64,000 nucleotides of DNA, taken from contig JAKSQJ010000002.1 in NCBI GenBank assembly GCA_024404195.1, positions 9,661 to 73,660 of the forward strand. Direction: 5' to 3'. The notes under the pieces are model-generated. The model was not told the DNA's origin and ran no database searches. It was given only the letters and a program-made list of their open reading frames with translations. This stretch comes from Clostridia bacterium (GTDB taxonomy: Bacteria; Bacillota; Clostridia; Oscillospirales; Acutalibacteraceae). The translations under genes were made by a program, and so were the position numbers. Below are positions 16,466-25,881 of this stretch, piece by piece. How positions within the stretch are numbered: the stretch's first letter is position 1; each line of letters begins with the position of its first letter.

Positions 16466-17229
16466 TGGTAGTATTTGAAAAACCGCACGCACTAATTGAT
16501 GTGCCGCTTCATTATTGTCCGGGTTGTACTCACGGTATAGTGCATAGATTGGTAGCCGAAGTAATAGACGAATTAGGCATTGAAGGTCAAACCATAGGTA
16601 TAGCACCTGTTGGCTGTTCCGTTATGGCTTATAATTATTTTAATTGCGATATGATAGAGGCGGCTCACGGCAGAGCACCGGCAGTTGCTACCGGCGTTAA
16701 GCGAGCAGACCCCGATAACAATATCGTATTCACCTATCAGGGTGACGGCGACTTGGCATCCATCGGAACTGCCGAAACAGTTCACGCCGCCGCAAGAAAC
16801 GAAAATATAACCATAATCTTTATAAATAACGCAATTTACGGTATGACCGGCGGTCAAATGGCTCCTACCTCGCTTCCCGGTCAGATAACCCAGACCTCTC
16901 CCTACGGCAGAGACCCGAAGCTTTGCGGTTATCCGATTAAGGTTTGCGAAATGCTTTCCGAACTTGACGGCCCCGAATATTTAGAGCGTGTTGCCGTAAA
17001 TAATGTTAAGAATGTAAGAAATGCCAAAAAAGCCATTAAAAAGGCGTTCCAAAATCAGATAGATAAAAAGGGATTTTCTCTTGTAGAGGTTATTTCAACC
17101 TGCCCGACCAACTGGGGACTTACTCCTAAAAAGGCTCTTGAATGGGTTGACGAAAAGATGATTCCGTATTATCCGCTCGGCGTTTATAAGGATAGAAGCG
17201 CCGCACAGGACGAAAAGGAGGAAGGTTAA
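16465..17229 (+). CDS. 2-oxoacid:ferredoxin oxidoreductase beta subunit (TPP-binding)
   Basis: A 254-aa ORF with YCPGCTHG and the GDGD...NNxxYGMTGGQ TPP-binding motif. It has a TAATG overlap with the alpha gene. Confidence 0.85.
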   Translation: MVVFEKPHALIDVPLHYCPGCTHGIVHRLVAEVIDELGIEGQTIGIAPVGCSVMAYNYFNCDMIEAAHGRAPAVATGVKRADPDNNIVFTYQGDGDLASIGTAETVHAAARNENITIIFINNAIYGMTGGQMAPTSLPGQITQTSPYGRDPKLCGYPIKVCEMLSELDGPEYLERVAVNNVKNVRNAKKAIKKAFQNQIDKKGFSLVEVISTCPTNWGLTPKKALEWVDEKMIPYYPLGVYKDRSAAQDEKEEG

Positions 17230-17766
17230 ATGACTTCGCAGTTTTTGTTTTCCGGTTTCGGCGGACAGGGTATCTTGTTCGCAGGTAAATTTATGTCATA
17301 TAAGGGTATGACAGACGGTAAAAATGTATCATGGCTTCCCTCTTACGGCCCCGAAATGAGAGGCGGTACCGCAAGTTGCAGCGTTGTTGTCAGAGATAAG
17401 CCTATCGGCTCGCCGATAGTTGCTTTCCCCGATACTCTTATTGCTATGAATCTTCCGTCGCTTGATAAGTTTGAAGATTCAGTTCAGGAGGGCGGAACAA
17501 TATTTATTGATTCAACCCTTGTTGAAAGAAAGGTAAAGAGGGATGATGTAAATGTTTATTACATCCCTGCTACCAAGCTTGCAAACGATAATGGTATGCC
17601 TACTCTTGCAAATATGATTATCGTAGGCAAAATTCTTAAAGTCAGAAACGAATTTAACGAGGAAAGCATTAAAGCGGCTCTCGGAAAGGTTGTTTCCGCA
17701 AAGCATGCAGATTTATTTGATGTAAACCTTAAAGCATTACAAATCGGCGCTTCTTATGAGGGCTGA
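17230..17766 (+). CDS. 2-oxoacid:ferredoxin oxidoreductase gamma subunit
   Basis: A 178-aa [15 protein letters not shown] near the N-terminus is typical of OFOR gamma subunits. The start directly abuts the beta stop. Confidence 0.85.
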   Translation: MTSQFLFSGFGGQGILFAGKFMSYKGMTDGKNVSWLPSYGPEMRGGTASCSVVVRDKPIGSPIVAFPDTLIAMNLPSLDKFEDSVQEGGTIFIDSTLVERKVKRDDVNVYYIPATKLANDNGMPTLANMIIVGKILKVRNEFNEESIKAALGKVVSAKHADLFDVNLKALQIGASYEG

Positions 17767-17787
17767 TACTGAAAGGAAGAGTTTTTT

Positions 17788-18849
17788 ATGGAAATTAAAA
17801 TTATCAAAAAGCAAAATCCTACCTTAAAGCCGGGCGAAGAATACGGCTTCGGACGAGTATTTACCGACCATATGTTTGTTATGGATTATGACAGCGAAAA
17901 CGGTTGGCATGATGCCCGTATAGTTCCGTTTGACAGAATTTCAATCCATCCTGCATCAACCGTTCTTCACTACGGCGCAGAAATATTTGAGGGACTTAAA
18001 GCATATAGGCGTGCCGACGGCGGCGTTCAGCTTTTCAGACCTATTGAAAATATCCGCCGTATGAACAACTCGGCCGAGCGTCTTTGCTTACCGCAGATTG
18101 ACGAAGATATGGCTATGGATATCCTTACAACCTTTATTTCTCACGAAAAAGAGTGGACTCCGTCCGACCCCGGCACTACACTTTACATCCGTCCGTTTAT
18201 GTATGGTAACGATGAACAGCTCGGTGTTCATGCCGTAAAGCATGCAACCTTTATGATAATCGCATCACCTACCGGAAGCTACTATAAGCAGGGCTTCCAG
18301 CCGGTTCGCATTATGATAGAAGATACCGATGTCCGAGCAGTTCGCGGCGGAACAGGTTATGCTAAATGCGGCGGTAACTATGCCGCAAGCACCCGTGCAG
18401 GCGAAAAGGCAGAACAGCAGGGCTATTCTCAGGTTCTTTGGCTTGACGGTGTTGAACATAAGTATGTTGAAGAAGTAGGCGCTATGAATGTTATGTTCAA
18501 GATTAACGGCGAGATAGTAACTCCGGCGCTTACCGGTTCTATTCTTCCGGGTGTTACAAGAAAGTCATGCGTTGAGGCTCTTAAGAAAGAGGGTTACACC
18601 GTAAACGAGCGCCTTTTGAGCATTGACGAGTTAGCAGAAGCTATGAAAAACGGCACCTTAGAGGAAGCTTGGGGTTGCGGAACTGCCGCAGTTATTTCAC
18701 CGATTGGCGAGCTTTGCTATAAGGGTGTTAAATATGCAATTAACGACGGTAAGATAGGTCCTGTTACCCAGCACCTTTACGATAAGCTTACCGGTATTCA
18801 GTGGGGCAGAGTTGAGGACGAGTTCGGTTGGACTTATCCGATTGACTGA
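17788..18849 (+). CDS. ilvE: Branched-chain amino acid aminotransferase
   Basis: A 353-aa fold-type IV aminotransferase. Motifs seen are EGLKAYR, TGYAKCGGNYAAS, EEVGAMNVMF and LPGVTRKS. Confidence 0.85.
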   Translation: MEIKIIKKQNPTLKPGEEYGFGRVFTDHMFVMDYDSENGWHDARIVPFDRISIHPASTVLHYGAEIFEGLKAYRRADGGVQLFRPIENIRRMNNSAERLCLPQIDEDMAMDILTTFISHEKEWTPSDPGTTLYIRPFMYGNDEQLGVHAVKHATFMIIASPTGSYYKQGFQPVRIMIEDTDVRAVRGGTGYAKCGGNYAASTRAGEKAEQQGYSQVLWLDGVEHKYVEEVGAMNVMFKINGEIVTPALTGSILPGVTRKSCVEALKKEGYTVNERLLSIDELAEAMKNGTLEEAWGCGTAAVISPIGELCYKGVKYAINDGKIGPVTQHLYDKLTGIQWGRVEDEFGWTYPID

Positions 18850-18864
18850 TAGCTGAAAAGCAGT

Positions 18865-18907
18865 AAAAAACGGAGCGCAGAAAGATTTTTCTGCACTCCG
18901 TTTTTTT
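18865..18907. terminator. Bidirectional intrinsic terminator between ilvE and metH
   Basis: A 13-bp hairpin CGGAGCGCAGAAA/TTTCTGCACTCCG with one mismatch, flanked by an A-run and a T-run. Confidence 0.75.
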
Positions 18908-18914
18908 AAGGTTT

Positions 18915-21299
18915 TTAATTAAACTGTTCGGCATACCTGACAGTTTCCATAGCGTCTTTTGCGTATTTATCGGCACCGATTTTTTCGGCATATTCGGGGT
19001 TTAATACCGCTCCGCCGACAACTGTTTTGCAAAACGGCGCTTTTTCGTGTATTAGTTTTATCGTTTCCTCCATTGCGGGAACTGTTGTCGTCATAAGTGC
19101 GCTAAGTCCCAAAACGGGGGCTTTTTCTTTTATTACGGCATTAAGTATCGCTTCGGGCGCAACATCTTTTCCAAGGTCAATAACCCTAAATCCGTAATTT
19201 TGCAAAAGAAGCTTAACGATGTTTTTTCCAATATCGTGAATATCGCCCTTAACCGTTGCGAGAACGACGGTGCATTTTGTAGATTCGCCCGATTTTACGG
19301 TGGCTTTTATCTCCTCAAAGGCGAATTTTGCCGCCTCGGCGCTCATAAGAAGTTGAGGCAAATATACCTTTTTTTCTTCAAAATCCTTACCCACATTATC
19401 AAGAGCCGGGATAATGTCATCATTTACGATTTTTAAGGCATTTTCGTTTGCAAGACGCATTTTCGTTATTCTTTTTGCATCATCTTTTAGTCCCTTTATA
19501 ATGGCATAAGAAAGGGTGATATTTTCGCTTTTTTCGGCGGTTTTTATCGGTTTTTCCGCCGTCATTATCTCTATGGCGGAATTTGCAAAATCAATGTAAT
19601 TTAAACAGTTTTCGTCCTTACCTTTAAGCAAAAGGAAGGTTTTATATGCCTTCATCATTTCGTCGGAATTAGGGTTCATAATAGCCGCCGAAAGTCCGTT
19701 TTCAAGGGCGAGAGTAAAGAAAATTCCGTTAACAAAATCCCTTTTGGGAAGACCGAAAGAAATGTTTGAAACGCCAAGCGAGGTATGGCAACCTAAATTT
19801 TCCTTTATCATTTTAAGCGCCTTTATTGTCTCGTTTGCGCTGTTTTGGTCGGTGGAAACGGTCATGGCAAGGGTATCAAAAACAAGGTCGTTCTTTGAAA
19901 TACCGTATTTTTTTGCCTCTTTTACTATTTTTTCGGCAATTTTGTATCGGTCCTCCGCCTTTTTCGGAATACCGTTTTCGTCAAGCGTCAGGGCAACAAT
20001 TACACCGCCGTATTTTTTGGCTATCGGGAAGATTTGTTCCATAACTTCCTTTTTGCCGTTTACGGAATTTATCATGGCTTTTCCGTTATAAACCCGAAGC
20101 GCTTTTTCCATAGCGATAGCATTAGAGGTATCAATCTGCAAAGGAAGAGAGCAAACCTCTTGAAGCGCCGTAACGGTTTCAAAAAGCTTCTTTTCCTCGT
20201 CAATATCGGGGATACCGACATTAACATCAAGAATATGGCAACCCTTTTCCTGCTCGTTTATACCCTCGTTAAGAATATAACCCATATCGTTTTCCATAAG
20301 GGCAAGTTTAAGCTTCTTTTTCCCCGTCGGGTTAATTCTTTCGCCTATTAAAAGCGGAATATCGCCGAAATATGCGGTATTCATATAGGAAGATACAACC
20401 GTTAAATTTTTACTTATTATCTCTTTCGGCTTAATATTTTCGGTCTTTTTAACTACCGCCTTTATATATTCGGGTGTAGTTCCGCAGCAACCGCCCAAAA
20501 GACCGACACCTTCCTTTGCGCAAGTCAAAAGAACATCGGAAAATTCTTCGGGCAGGACATTGAATACGGTTTTGCCGTCCTTATCCTCGGGAAGTCCTGC
20601 ATTCGGCTTAAATGCAACGGGTGTTGACGAGCATTTTAATATTCTTTCAACAACGCCTTTAAGTTGCTTTGGTCCTAAGGAACAGTTGACTCCGATAACA
20701 TCGGCGCCCAAACCCTCAAGCATACTTACCATAACCTCGGGGGTAGCGCCGGTCATTAACTTTTCGTCCTCGCCGTAGGCATTGTAAACAAAAACGGGCA
20801 AATCGGAGTTTTCCTTAACCGCCAAAACCGCCGCCTTTGTTTCCAAACTGTCGTTCATCGTTTCAATAACGAAAAGGTCAATATCTTTTTTGGTTGCTAT
20901 GCGGACATTTTTCGCAAAAACCTCAACCGCATCCTCAAAATCAAGGTCGCCGTACGGTTTTAACATTCTGCCCGTAGGTCCTATATCAAAGGCAATAAAT
21001 TTTTCCCTTTTTCCGCCCGATATTTTTTTGGCTTCGTTTGCGTTATCAATAGCCGAGTTTATGAGATTTTTTAGGGTTTCGCCGTCATATTTAAGGCAGT
21101 TTACCCCGAAGGTATTGGTCGTAACGATGTTCGTTCCGCTTTCAAAATAGGATTTATGAACATCTATTATATCTTCTTTATGGCTTAAATTCCAAGTTTC
21201 CGTAGCCTCGCCGGGTTTAAGTCCCCTTGCTTGAAGCAAAGTTCCCATTGCGCCGTCAAGATATGTAATATTTTCTTTAATATAGTCAAGAACTTTCAT
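18915..21299 (-). CDS. metH: Cobalamin-dependent methionine synthase, short form (Hcy-MT + pterin-binding + B12-binding, no activation domain)
   Basis: A 794-aa ORF with an N-terminal homocysteine S-methyltransferase domain (GGCCGTTPEY). The B12-binding motif GDIHDIGKNIV lies near the C-terminus. Confidence 0.85.
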   Translation of the reverse strand: MKVLDYIKENITYLDGAMGTLLQARGLKPGEATETWNLSHKEDIIDVHKSYFESGTNIVTTNTFGVNCLKYDGETLKNLINSAIDNANEAKKISGGKREKFIAFDIGPTGRMLKPYGDLDFEDAVEVFAKNVRIATKKDIDLFVIETMNDSLETKAAVLAVKENSDLPVFVYNAYGEDEKLMTGATPEVMVSMLEGLGADVIGVNCSLGPKQLKGVVERILKCSSTPVAFKPNAGLPEDKDGKTVFNVLPEEFSDVLLTCAKEGVGLLGGCCGTTPEYIKAVVKKTENIKPKEIISKNLTVVSSYMNTAYFGDIPLLIGERINPTGKKKLKLALMENDMGYILNEGINEQEKGCHILDVNVGIPDIDEEKKLFETVTALQEVCSLPLQIDTSNAIAMEKALRVYNGKAMINSVNGKKEVMEQIFPIAKKYGGVIVALTLDENGIPKKAEDRYKIAEKIVKEAKKYGISKNDLVFDTLAMTVSTDQNSANETIKALKMIKENLGCHTSLGVSNISFGLPKRDFVNGIFFTLALENGLSAAIMNPNSDEMMKAYKTFLLLKGKDENCLNYIDFANSAIEIMTAEKPIKTAEKSENITLSYAIIKGLKDDAKRITKMRLANENALKIVNDDIIPALDNVGKDFEEKKVYLPQLLMSAEAAKFAFEEIKATVKSGESTKCTVVLATVKGDIHDIGKNIVKLLLQNYGFRVIDLGKDVAPEAILNAVIKEKAPVLGLSALMTTTVPAMEETIKLIHEKAPFCKTVVGGAVLNPEYAEKIGADKYAKDAMETVRYAEQFN

Positions 21300-21889
21300 T
21301 TTTTGACACCTATTATTGCAGTAACCGATTTTGAAGGGGTCATAAGCAGGTTTTCGCCTAAACTTATGCCGATGTTTTTGTTCATCTGCAACACCTTAAA
21401 AATTTCCCTTTGAAACGAAAGGGGTAAATCTCCGTAACCGGGAGAAAAACGGGGTCTTGTTTCCCCGAAATCGCTTTTTATTGCGTCTGCAAAAACATCG
21501 CAGAGCTTTTCAATTCTTTCGGCGCCTATCGCCCCTAAAACAACCGATTTTGCAGGGGAAACGGCGGCATATTTTTTTATAAGGCGGTCAATTTCAAGCC
21601 CGACCGTTGCGGCAAAAATAACGCAGGTATCAAGTCCTGCAAGATTTTTTGATAAATCCTTGCTTTTTAACTCGCAAAAAGGAAAAATAACCGTATCGTT
21701 TTCAATATGAATATCAAAAACGGCATAGCAAACCTTATAGGAAAGCGCACTTTTTGCCTCGTCAAGACAAGAGCTTATTATATTTTTTGTATTTTGGTCG
21801 TTCTTTGCGCCGCAGTATCTTGATGCCTCGTCAATATCAACGGGAATATCCTTTAAAACCTCGGCAAAATCCTTTGTTTTAACCGTCAT
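21296..21889 (-). CDS. Stand-alone methionine synthase activation (AdoMet-binding)-domain protein
   Basis: A 197-aa ORF. RPRFSPGYGDLPL resembles the MetH reactivation-domain motif. It overlaps both flanking genes by 4 nt. Confidence 0.65.
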   Translation of the reverse strand: MTVKTKDFAEVLKDIPVDIDEASRYCGAKNDQNTKNIISSCLDEAKSALSYKVCYAVFDIHIENDTVIFPFCELKSKDLSKNLAGLDTCVIFAATVGLEIDRLIKKYAAVSPAKSVVLGAIGAERIEKLCDVFADAIKSDFGETRPRFSPGYGDLPLSFQREIFKVLQMNKNIGISLGENLLMTPSKSVTAIIGVKK

Positions 21890-22764
21890 TTTCCTATTAT
21901 AGCCGATAAATTTCGGTTTATTGTTTCGGCAACATCGGGCTTGTTCATTGAATAAATATGAACATTTGTAACCCCGTTTGCAAAAAGGTCAATAATCTGG
22001 TCGGTGGCATAGGCAATACCCGCCTGTTTCATGGCTTCGGGGTCGCCGCCGAACTTATCAACAATGCTTCTGAACCGCTGTGGCATAAGCGAGCCCGAAA
22101 GTTTTATGGCTCTTTCAACCTGATTTGCATTTGTTATGGGCATAATTCCCGCAACAACAGGTGCGGTTATACCTGCTTCCCTTATCTTATAAAGGAAATT
22201 ATAGAGAAGATTATTATCAAAAAACATCTGGGTAGTCAAAAATTCACAGCCGCAGTCAATCTTTTCTTTAAGATGCAAAATATCGTCTTTTTGATTTTTG
22301 CTTTCGGGGTGAATTTCGGGATAACAAGCGCCGCCGACCGTTATTTCGGGGGCAATTCGCTTAATATCTCTGATAAGGTCAGTTGCATGGTGATAGTCCC
22401 AAGTGCTTCTGTCCTCGTTTATTCTGTCAGCAGGAATATCGCCCCGAAGCGCCATAATATTATCAATACCGGCTTCTTTTATGGCTTTTATCTTTTCCTC
22501 AACGAATGCCCTTGAAGAAGAAACGCAGGTTAAATGCGCCAAAGTCGGAACACCGTATTTATCCTTTATATTTTTGGCGATATCAAGCGTATGCTGACTT
22601 GTTCCGCCGCCTGCGCCGTATGTAACGCTCATAAAGGTAGGTTTAAGTTTCGCTATTTCCTCGGTTGCAGTTTTAACCGACTCAAAGGAAGCGTCGGTTT
22701 TCGGAGGGAAAACCTCAAAGGAAACCGAAAGAGTATCTTTTTTAAGCAAATCAATAATTTTCAT
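21886..22764 (-). CDS. metF: 5,10-methylenetetrahydrofolate reductase
   Basis: A 292-aa ORF. The pattern SFEVFPPKT...SVTYGAGGGT...HLTC is typical of MetF. Confidence 0.85.
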   Translation of the reverse strand: MKIIDLLKKDTLSVSFEVFPPKTDASFESVKTATEEIAKLKPTFMSVTYGAGGGTSQHTLDIAKNIKDKYGVPTLAHLTCVSSSRAFVEEKIKAIKEAGIDNIMALRGDIPADRINEDRSTWDYHHATDLIRDIKRIAPEITVGGACYPEIHPESKNQKDDILHLKEKIDCGCEFLTTQMFFDNNLLYNFLYKIREAGITAPVVAGIMPITNANQVERAIKLSGSLMPQRFRSIVDKFGGDPEAMKQAGIAYATDQIIDLFANGVTNVHIYSMNKPDVAETINRNLSAIIGK

Positions 22765-22783
22765 TTTGCACCTTCGTAAAAAA

Positions 22784-23392
22784 TCACTTTTTCTTTTTAG
22801 GTCTAATAAACGACCAAAGAATAATAATTACCTGACCTGCAATTCCGAGTAAGAATATGAGAAGCATTGTTTTAATGTTTGACTTAAAATAGTAAAAGGT
22901 TGCGAAAACCGCAAGAAGCACCGACCAAATAAGCCCCGAAACAAAGTAATAATTTGTTCTTTTGTTAAACCAGATACTGTTAAGAACAACCGAAACTATT
23001 AAATCTATCGGCAAAGCATAAACAAAGTAAAGCCAGGAAAATTTAATATGTCCGCCGTTTATTATTACGGTTAAAACAAACATAAATAAAGCGACTGTCC
23101 AAATAAAAACATCAACAATAAGTTTAACGGCTTTGAGATTATGCTTTTTTTCGGGCACTTTTTCGTAAGGTTTAAGAATATCCTCCGATTTAACCAAATC
23201 GTCAAGCGAAACCGAAAAAAGCTCGCTTATTGAAATAAGGGCGGAAATATCGGGGATAGATTCGCCTCGCTCCCATTTTGAAACCGCCTTATCCGAATAA
23301 TGCAGTTTTTCCGCAAGCTCTAATTGCGTCATATTGTTATAAACTCTTAAAGCGCTTATGTTTTTGGCAATAACACTCTTAATTTCCGACAC
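22784..23392 (-). CDS. XRE-family HTH protein with C-terminal four-TM membrane domain
   Basis: A 202-aa ORF with a GTG start. The HTH is NMTQLELAEKLHYSDKAVSKWERGESIPD, followed by four hydrophobic helices. Its stop lies 19 nt upstream of metF. Confidence 0.7.
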   Translation of the reverse strand: MSEIKSVIAKNISALRVYNNMTQLELAEKLHYSDKAVSKWERGESIPDISALISISELFSVSLDDLVKSEDILKPYEKVPEKKHNLKAVKLIVDVFIWTVALFMFVLTVIINGGHIKFSWLYFVYALPIDLIVSVVLNSIWFNKRTNYYFVSGLIWSVLLAVFATFYYFKSNIKTMLLIFLLGIAGQVIIILWSFIRPKKKK

Positions 23393-23420
23393 CTTTTCAC
23401 CACCTACTATATCAAGATGT

Positions 23421-23449
23421 ATTATACTTTATTTTAATGTTTTTTTCAA
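23421..23449 (-). promoter_or_regulatory. SigmaA-type promoter (TTGAAA-17-TATAAT) for the HTH-metF-metH unit
   Basis: On the minus strand, TTGAAA at 23449-23444, a 17-nt spacer, and TATAAT at 23426-21. Confidence 0.6.
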
Positions 23450-23502
23450 GCAAATTTCTCCGTTTAAGTTTTTATATAATTATATCATATTCTTTAAAAA
23501 TA

Positions 23503-23511
23503 TGGTATAAT
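23503..23511 (+). promoter_or_regulatory. Extended -10 element (TGgTATAAT) upstream of tex
   Basis: TGGTATAAT lies 30 nt upstream of the tex ATG. The -35 hexamer is weak. Confidence 0.45.
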
Positions 23512-23540
23512 TATTTCAAACACGCAAAGGAATATGATTT

Positions 23541-25670
23541 ATGGAAATTTTTGAACAGTTATCAAACGAATTTAAGATTAAACCCGAACACTCAAAGAAT
23601 GTTATCAAAATGCTTGATGACGGCGATACAATTCCCTTTATCGCCCGTTACCGTAAGGAGTTGACCGGCTCTCTTGATGACCAGATTTTAAGAGGGTTTT
23701 CGGAGCGCCTTTCCTATATCCGCAACCTTAATGAAACAAAGGAAAAGTATAGGGCAACCATAGAGGAGCAGGGCGCTTTAACAGAGGAGCTTGAAAAAGC
23801 CCTGCAAAATGCCGTAACACTTGCAGAGCTTGAAGATATATACAGACCCTTTAGACCCAAAAGAAGAACGAGGGCAACCGTTGCAAAGGAAAAGGGATTA
23901 GAGCCGCTTGCAACCGCCGTTTATGAGCAACAAGACGGCATAAATCCTTATGAGCTTGCAAAGGAATATATTTCCGAACAGGTTGAAAATGAGGAAAATG
24001 CACTGCAAGGGGCAAGGGATATAATCGCCGAGATTATCGCCGATGACCCGAATGTGCGAAAACGGCTTAAATATGTTCTTAAAGCAAACGGGTTTTTGGT
24101 GTCGTCCGCCGCAAAAGAGGAGGACAGCGTTTATGCCAACTACTATGAATATAAAGAGCCGCTTTCAAAAATCCCCTCGCATAGAATTCTTGCCATAAAC
24201 CGTGGTGAAAAAGAGGAATTTTTAAAGGTAAAGGTTGAATTTTCGGAGGATTTGGCGCTTAATATCATCTTTTCCGAGCATATTAAGGGCGAAAACGAAT
24301 GCGCAAACGAGGTAATTGAAGCCGCAAAGGACAGTTATTCCCGACTTATTTTCCCCTCGGTTGAAAGGGAAATGCGAAACGATTTAACCGAAAGCGCAAG
24401 TGACAGCGCGATAAAGGTTTTCGGCGATAATTTGCGCCAACTTTTAATGCAGCCGCCCGTAAAAGGTAAAGTGACATTAGGTCTTGACCCCGGTTACAGA
24501 CACGGTTGCAAAACCGCCGTTATTGACGAAATCGGCAGGGTGCTTGATACGGGTATAATATTCCCCGTTGAGCAGTTCGGCAAGATAGAGGAAGCCAAAA
24601 AGGTTATAACAAACTTTATAAACAAGTATAATGTTGAGGTTATCGCAATAGGAAACGGCACCGCTTCGCATGAAACCGAGGTGTTTACCGCTAACCTTAT
24701 AAAAGAACTTAACAACCCGAAGGTTAAATATATGGTGGTAAGCGAGGCAGGAGCATCGGTTTATTCCGCATCAAAACTCGCCGCCGAAGAGTTCCCCGAT
24801 TATGATGTTAATCTTCGCTCGGCGGTATCAATAGCAAGAAGAACGGAGGACCCTCTTTCCGAGCTTGTAAAGATTGACCCTAAGGCAATAGGTGTCGGTC
24901 AGTATCAGCACGATTTGCCCCAAAAGCATCTTGAAGAAGCGCTAAACGGCGTTGTTGAGTCCTGCGTAAACTCGGTAGGCGTTGACCTTAATACCGCCTC
25001 GGCTCCGCTTCTTTTAAGGGTTGCCGGAATAAACAGCAGTGTCGCAACAAACATAGTTAAATTCAGAGAAGAAAACGGTATGTTTACTTCAAGAGCACAA
25101 CTTAAAAAAGTGCCGAAATTAGGCGCAAAGGCATTTGAACAGTGCGCAGGATTTTTAAGGGTCGCCGAAAGCAAAAACCCCTTTGACCGCACCGCCGTTC
25201 ACCCCGAAAGTTATGATGTTGCCGAAAAATTGCTTAAAAATTACGGACTTTCGGCGGACGATGTTTCGTCCCTTGAAGAAAGGGTTAATGCCGACGGAGT
25301 AGGCGCCGTTGCCGAGAAATTAGGCGTGGGCGAGCCGACACTTAAGGATATTATTTCCGAGCTTATGCATCCGGGCAGAGACCCCCGTGACGAATTACCC
25401 GCTCCGCTTTTGCGCACCGATGTTTTGGGAATGGAATCTCTGACACCGGGTATGGAGCTTATGGGAACGGTCAGAAATGTTATTGATTTCGGCGCATTTG
25501 TTGATATCGGTGTCCATCAGGACGGACTTGTTCATATTTCGCAAATAACCGATAGATTTATTAAACACCCGAGCGAGATATTAAAGGTCGGAGATATTGT
25601 TAAGGTTTGGGTTATTTCGGTGGACATCAACAAAAAGCGCATAAGCTTAACTATGAAAAAACCGAATTGA
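23541..25670 (+). CDS. tex: Tex-like transcription accessory protein (YqgF/HhH/S1 domains)
   Basis: A 709-aa ORF. It has the N-terminal IPFIARYRKE motif and a C-terminal S1 domain (GTVRNVIDFGAFVDIG...GLVHISQ). Confidence 0.9.
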   Translation: MEIFEQLSNEFKIKPEHSKNVIKMLDDGDTIPFIARYRKELTGSLDDQILRGFSERLSYIRNLNETKEKYRATIEEQGALTEELEKALQNAVTLAELEDIYRPFRPKRRTRATVAKEKGLEPLATAVYEQQDGINPYELAKEYISEQVENEENALQGARDIIAEIIADDPNVRKRLKYVLKANGFLVSSAAKEEDSVYANYYEYKEPLSKIPSHRILAINRGEKEEFLKVKVEFSEDLALNIIFSEHIKGENECANEVIEAAKDSYSRLIFPSVEREMRNDLTESASDSAIKVFGDNLRQLLMQPPVKGKVTLGLDPGYRHGCKTAVIDEIGRVLDTGIIFPVEQFGKIEEAKKVITNFINKYNVEVIAIGNGTASHETEVFTANLIKELNNPKVKYMVVSEAGASVYSASKLAAEEFPDYDVNLRSAVSIARRTEDPLSELVKIDPKAIGVGQYQHDLPQKHLEEALNGVVESCVNSVGVDLNTASAPLLLRVAGINSSVATNIVKFREENGMFTSRAQLKKVPKLGAKAFEQCAGFLRVAESKNPFDRTAVHPESYDVAEKLLKNYGLSADDVSSLEERVNADGVGAVAEKLGVGEPTLKDIISELMHPGRDPRDELPAPLLRTDVLGMESLTPGMELMGTVRNVIDFGAFVDIGVHQDGLVHISQITDRFIKHPSEILKVGDIVKVWVISVDINKKRISLTMKKPN

Positions 25671-25690
25671 AAATAAATATAAACCAAAAA

Positions 25691-25724
25691 CAATCGGGAG
25701 GGCTTTGCCCTCCCGATTGTTTTA
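25691..25724 (+). terminator. Intrinsic terminator after tex
   Basis: Hairpin CAATCGGGAGGG-CTTT-GCCCTCCCGATTG followed by TTTT. Confidence 0.8.
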
Positions 25725-25881
25725 TACAATAAAAATTGATATTCATAGGATGGTCGTTTGTCGCCACCGTTGATTTGTTGCAGAATGAAGTTTTGTCTGA
25801 CGAGGTATCGTCATGTAATACAATAAAATTTAATTATGCACAAAAATATAAAATGATTTAATATCGTTTCACAAATAGATA

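Noticed and set aside
15845-16606. 253-aa minus-strand ORF (plus 16126..16488 and 16573..16857)
   Set aside because: It is antisense to the OFOR alpha and beta genes, which have strong family motifs. The translation is Cys/Arg/Phe-rich with no recognisable domain.
21958-22515. 185-aa plus-strand ORF
   Set aside because: It is antisense to metF and has no features of a real protein.
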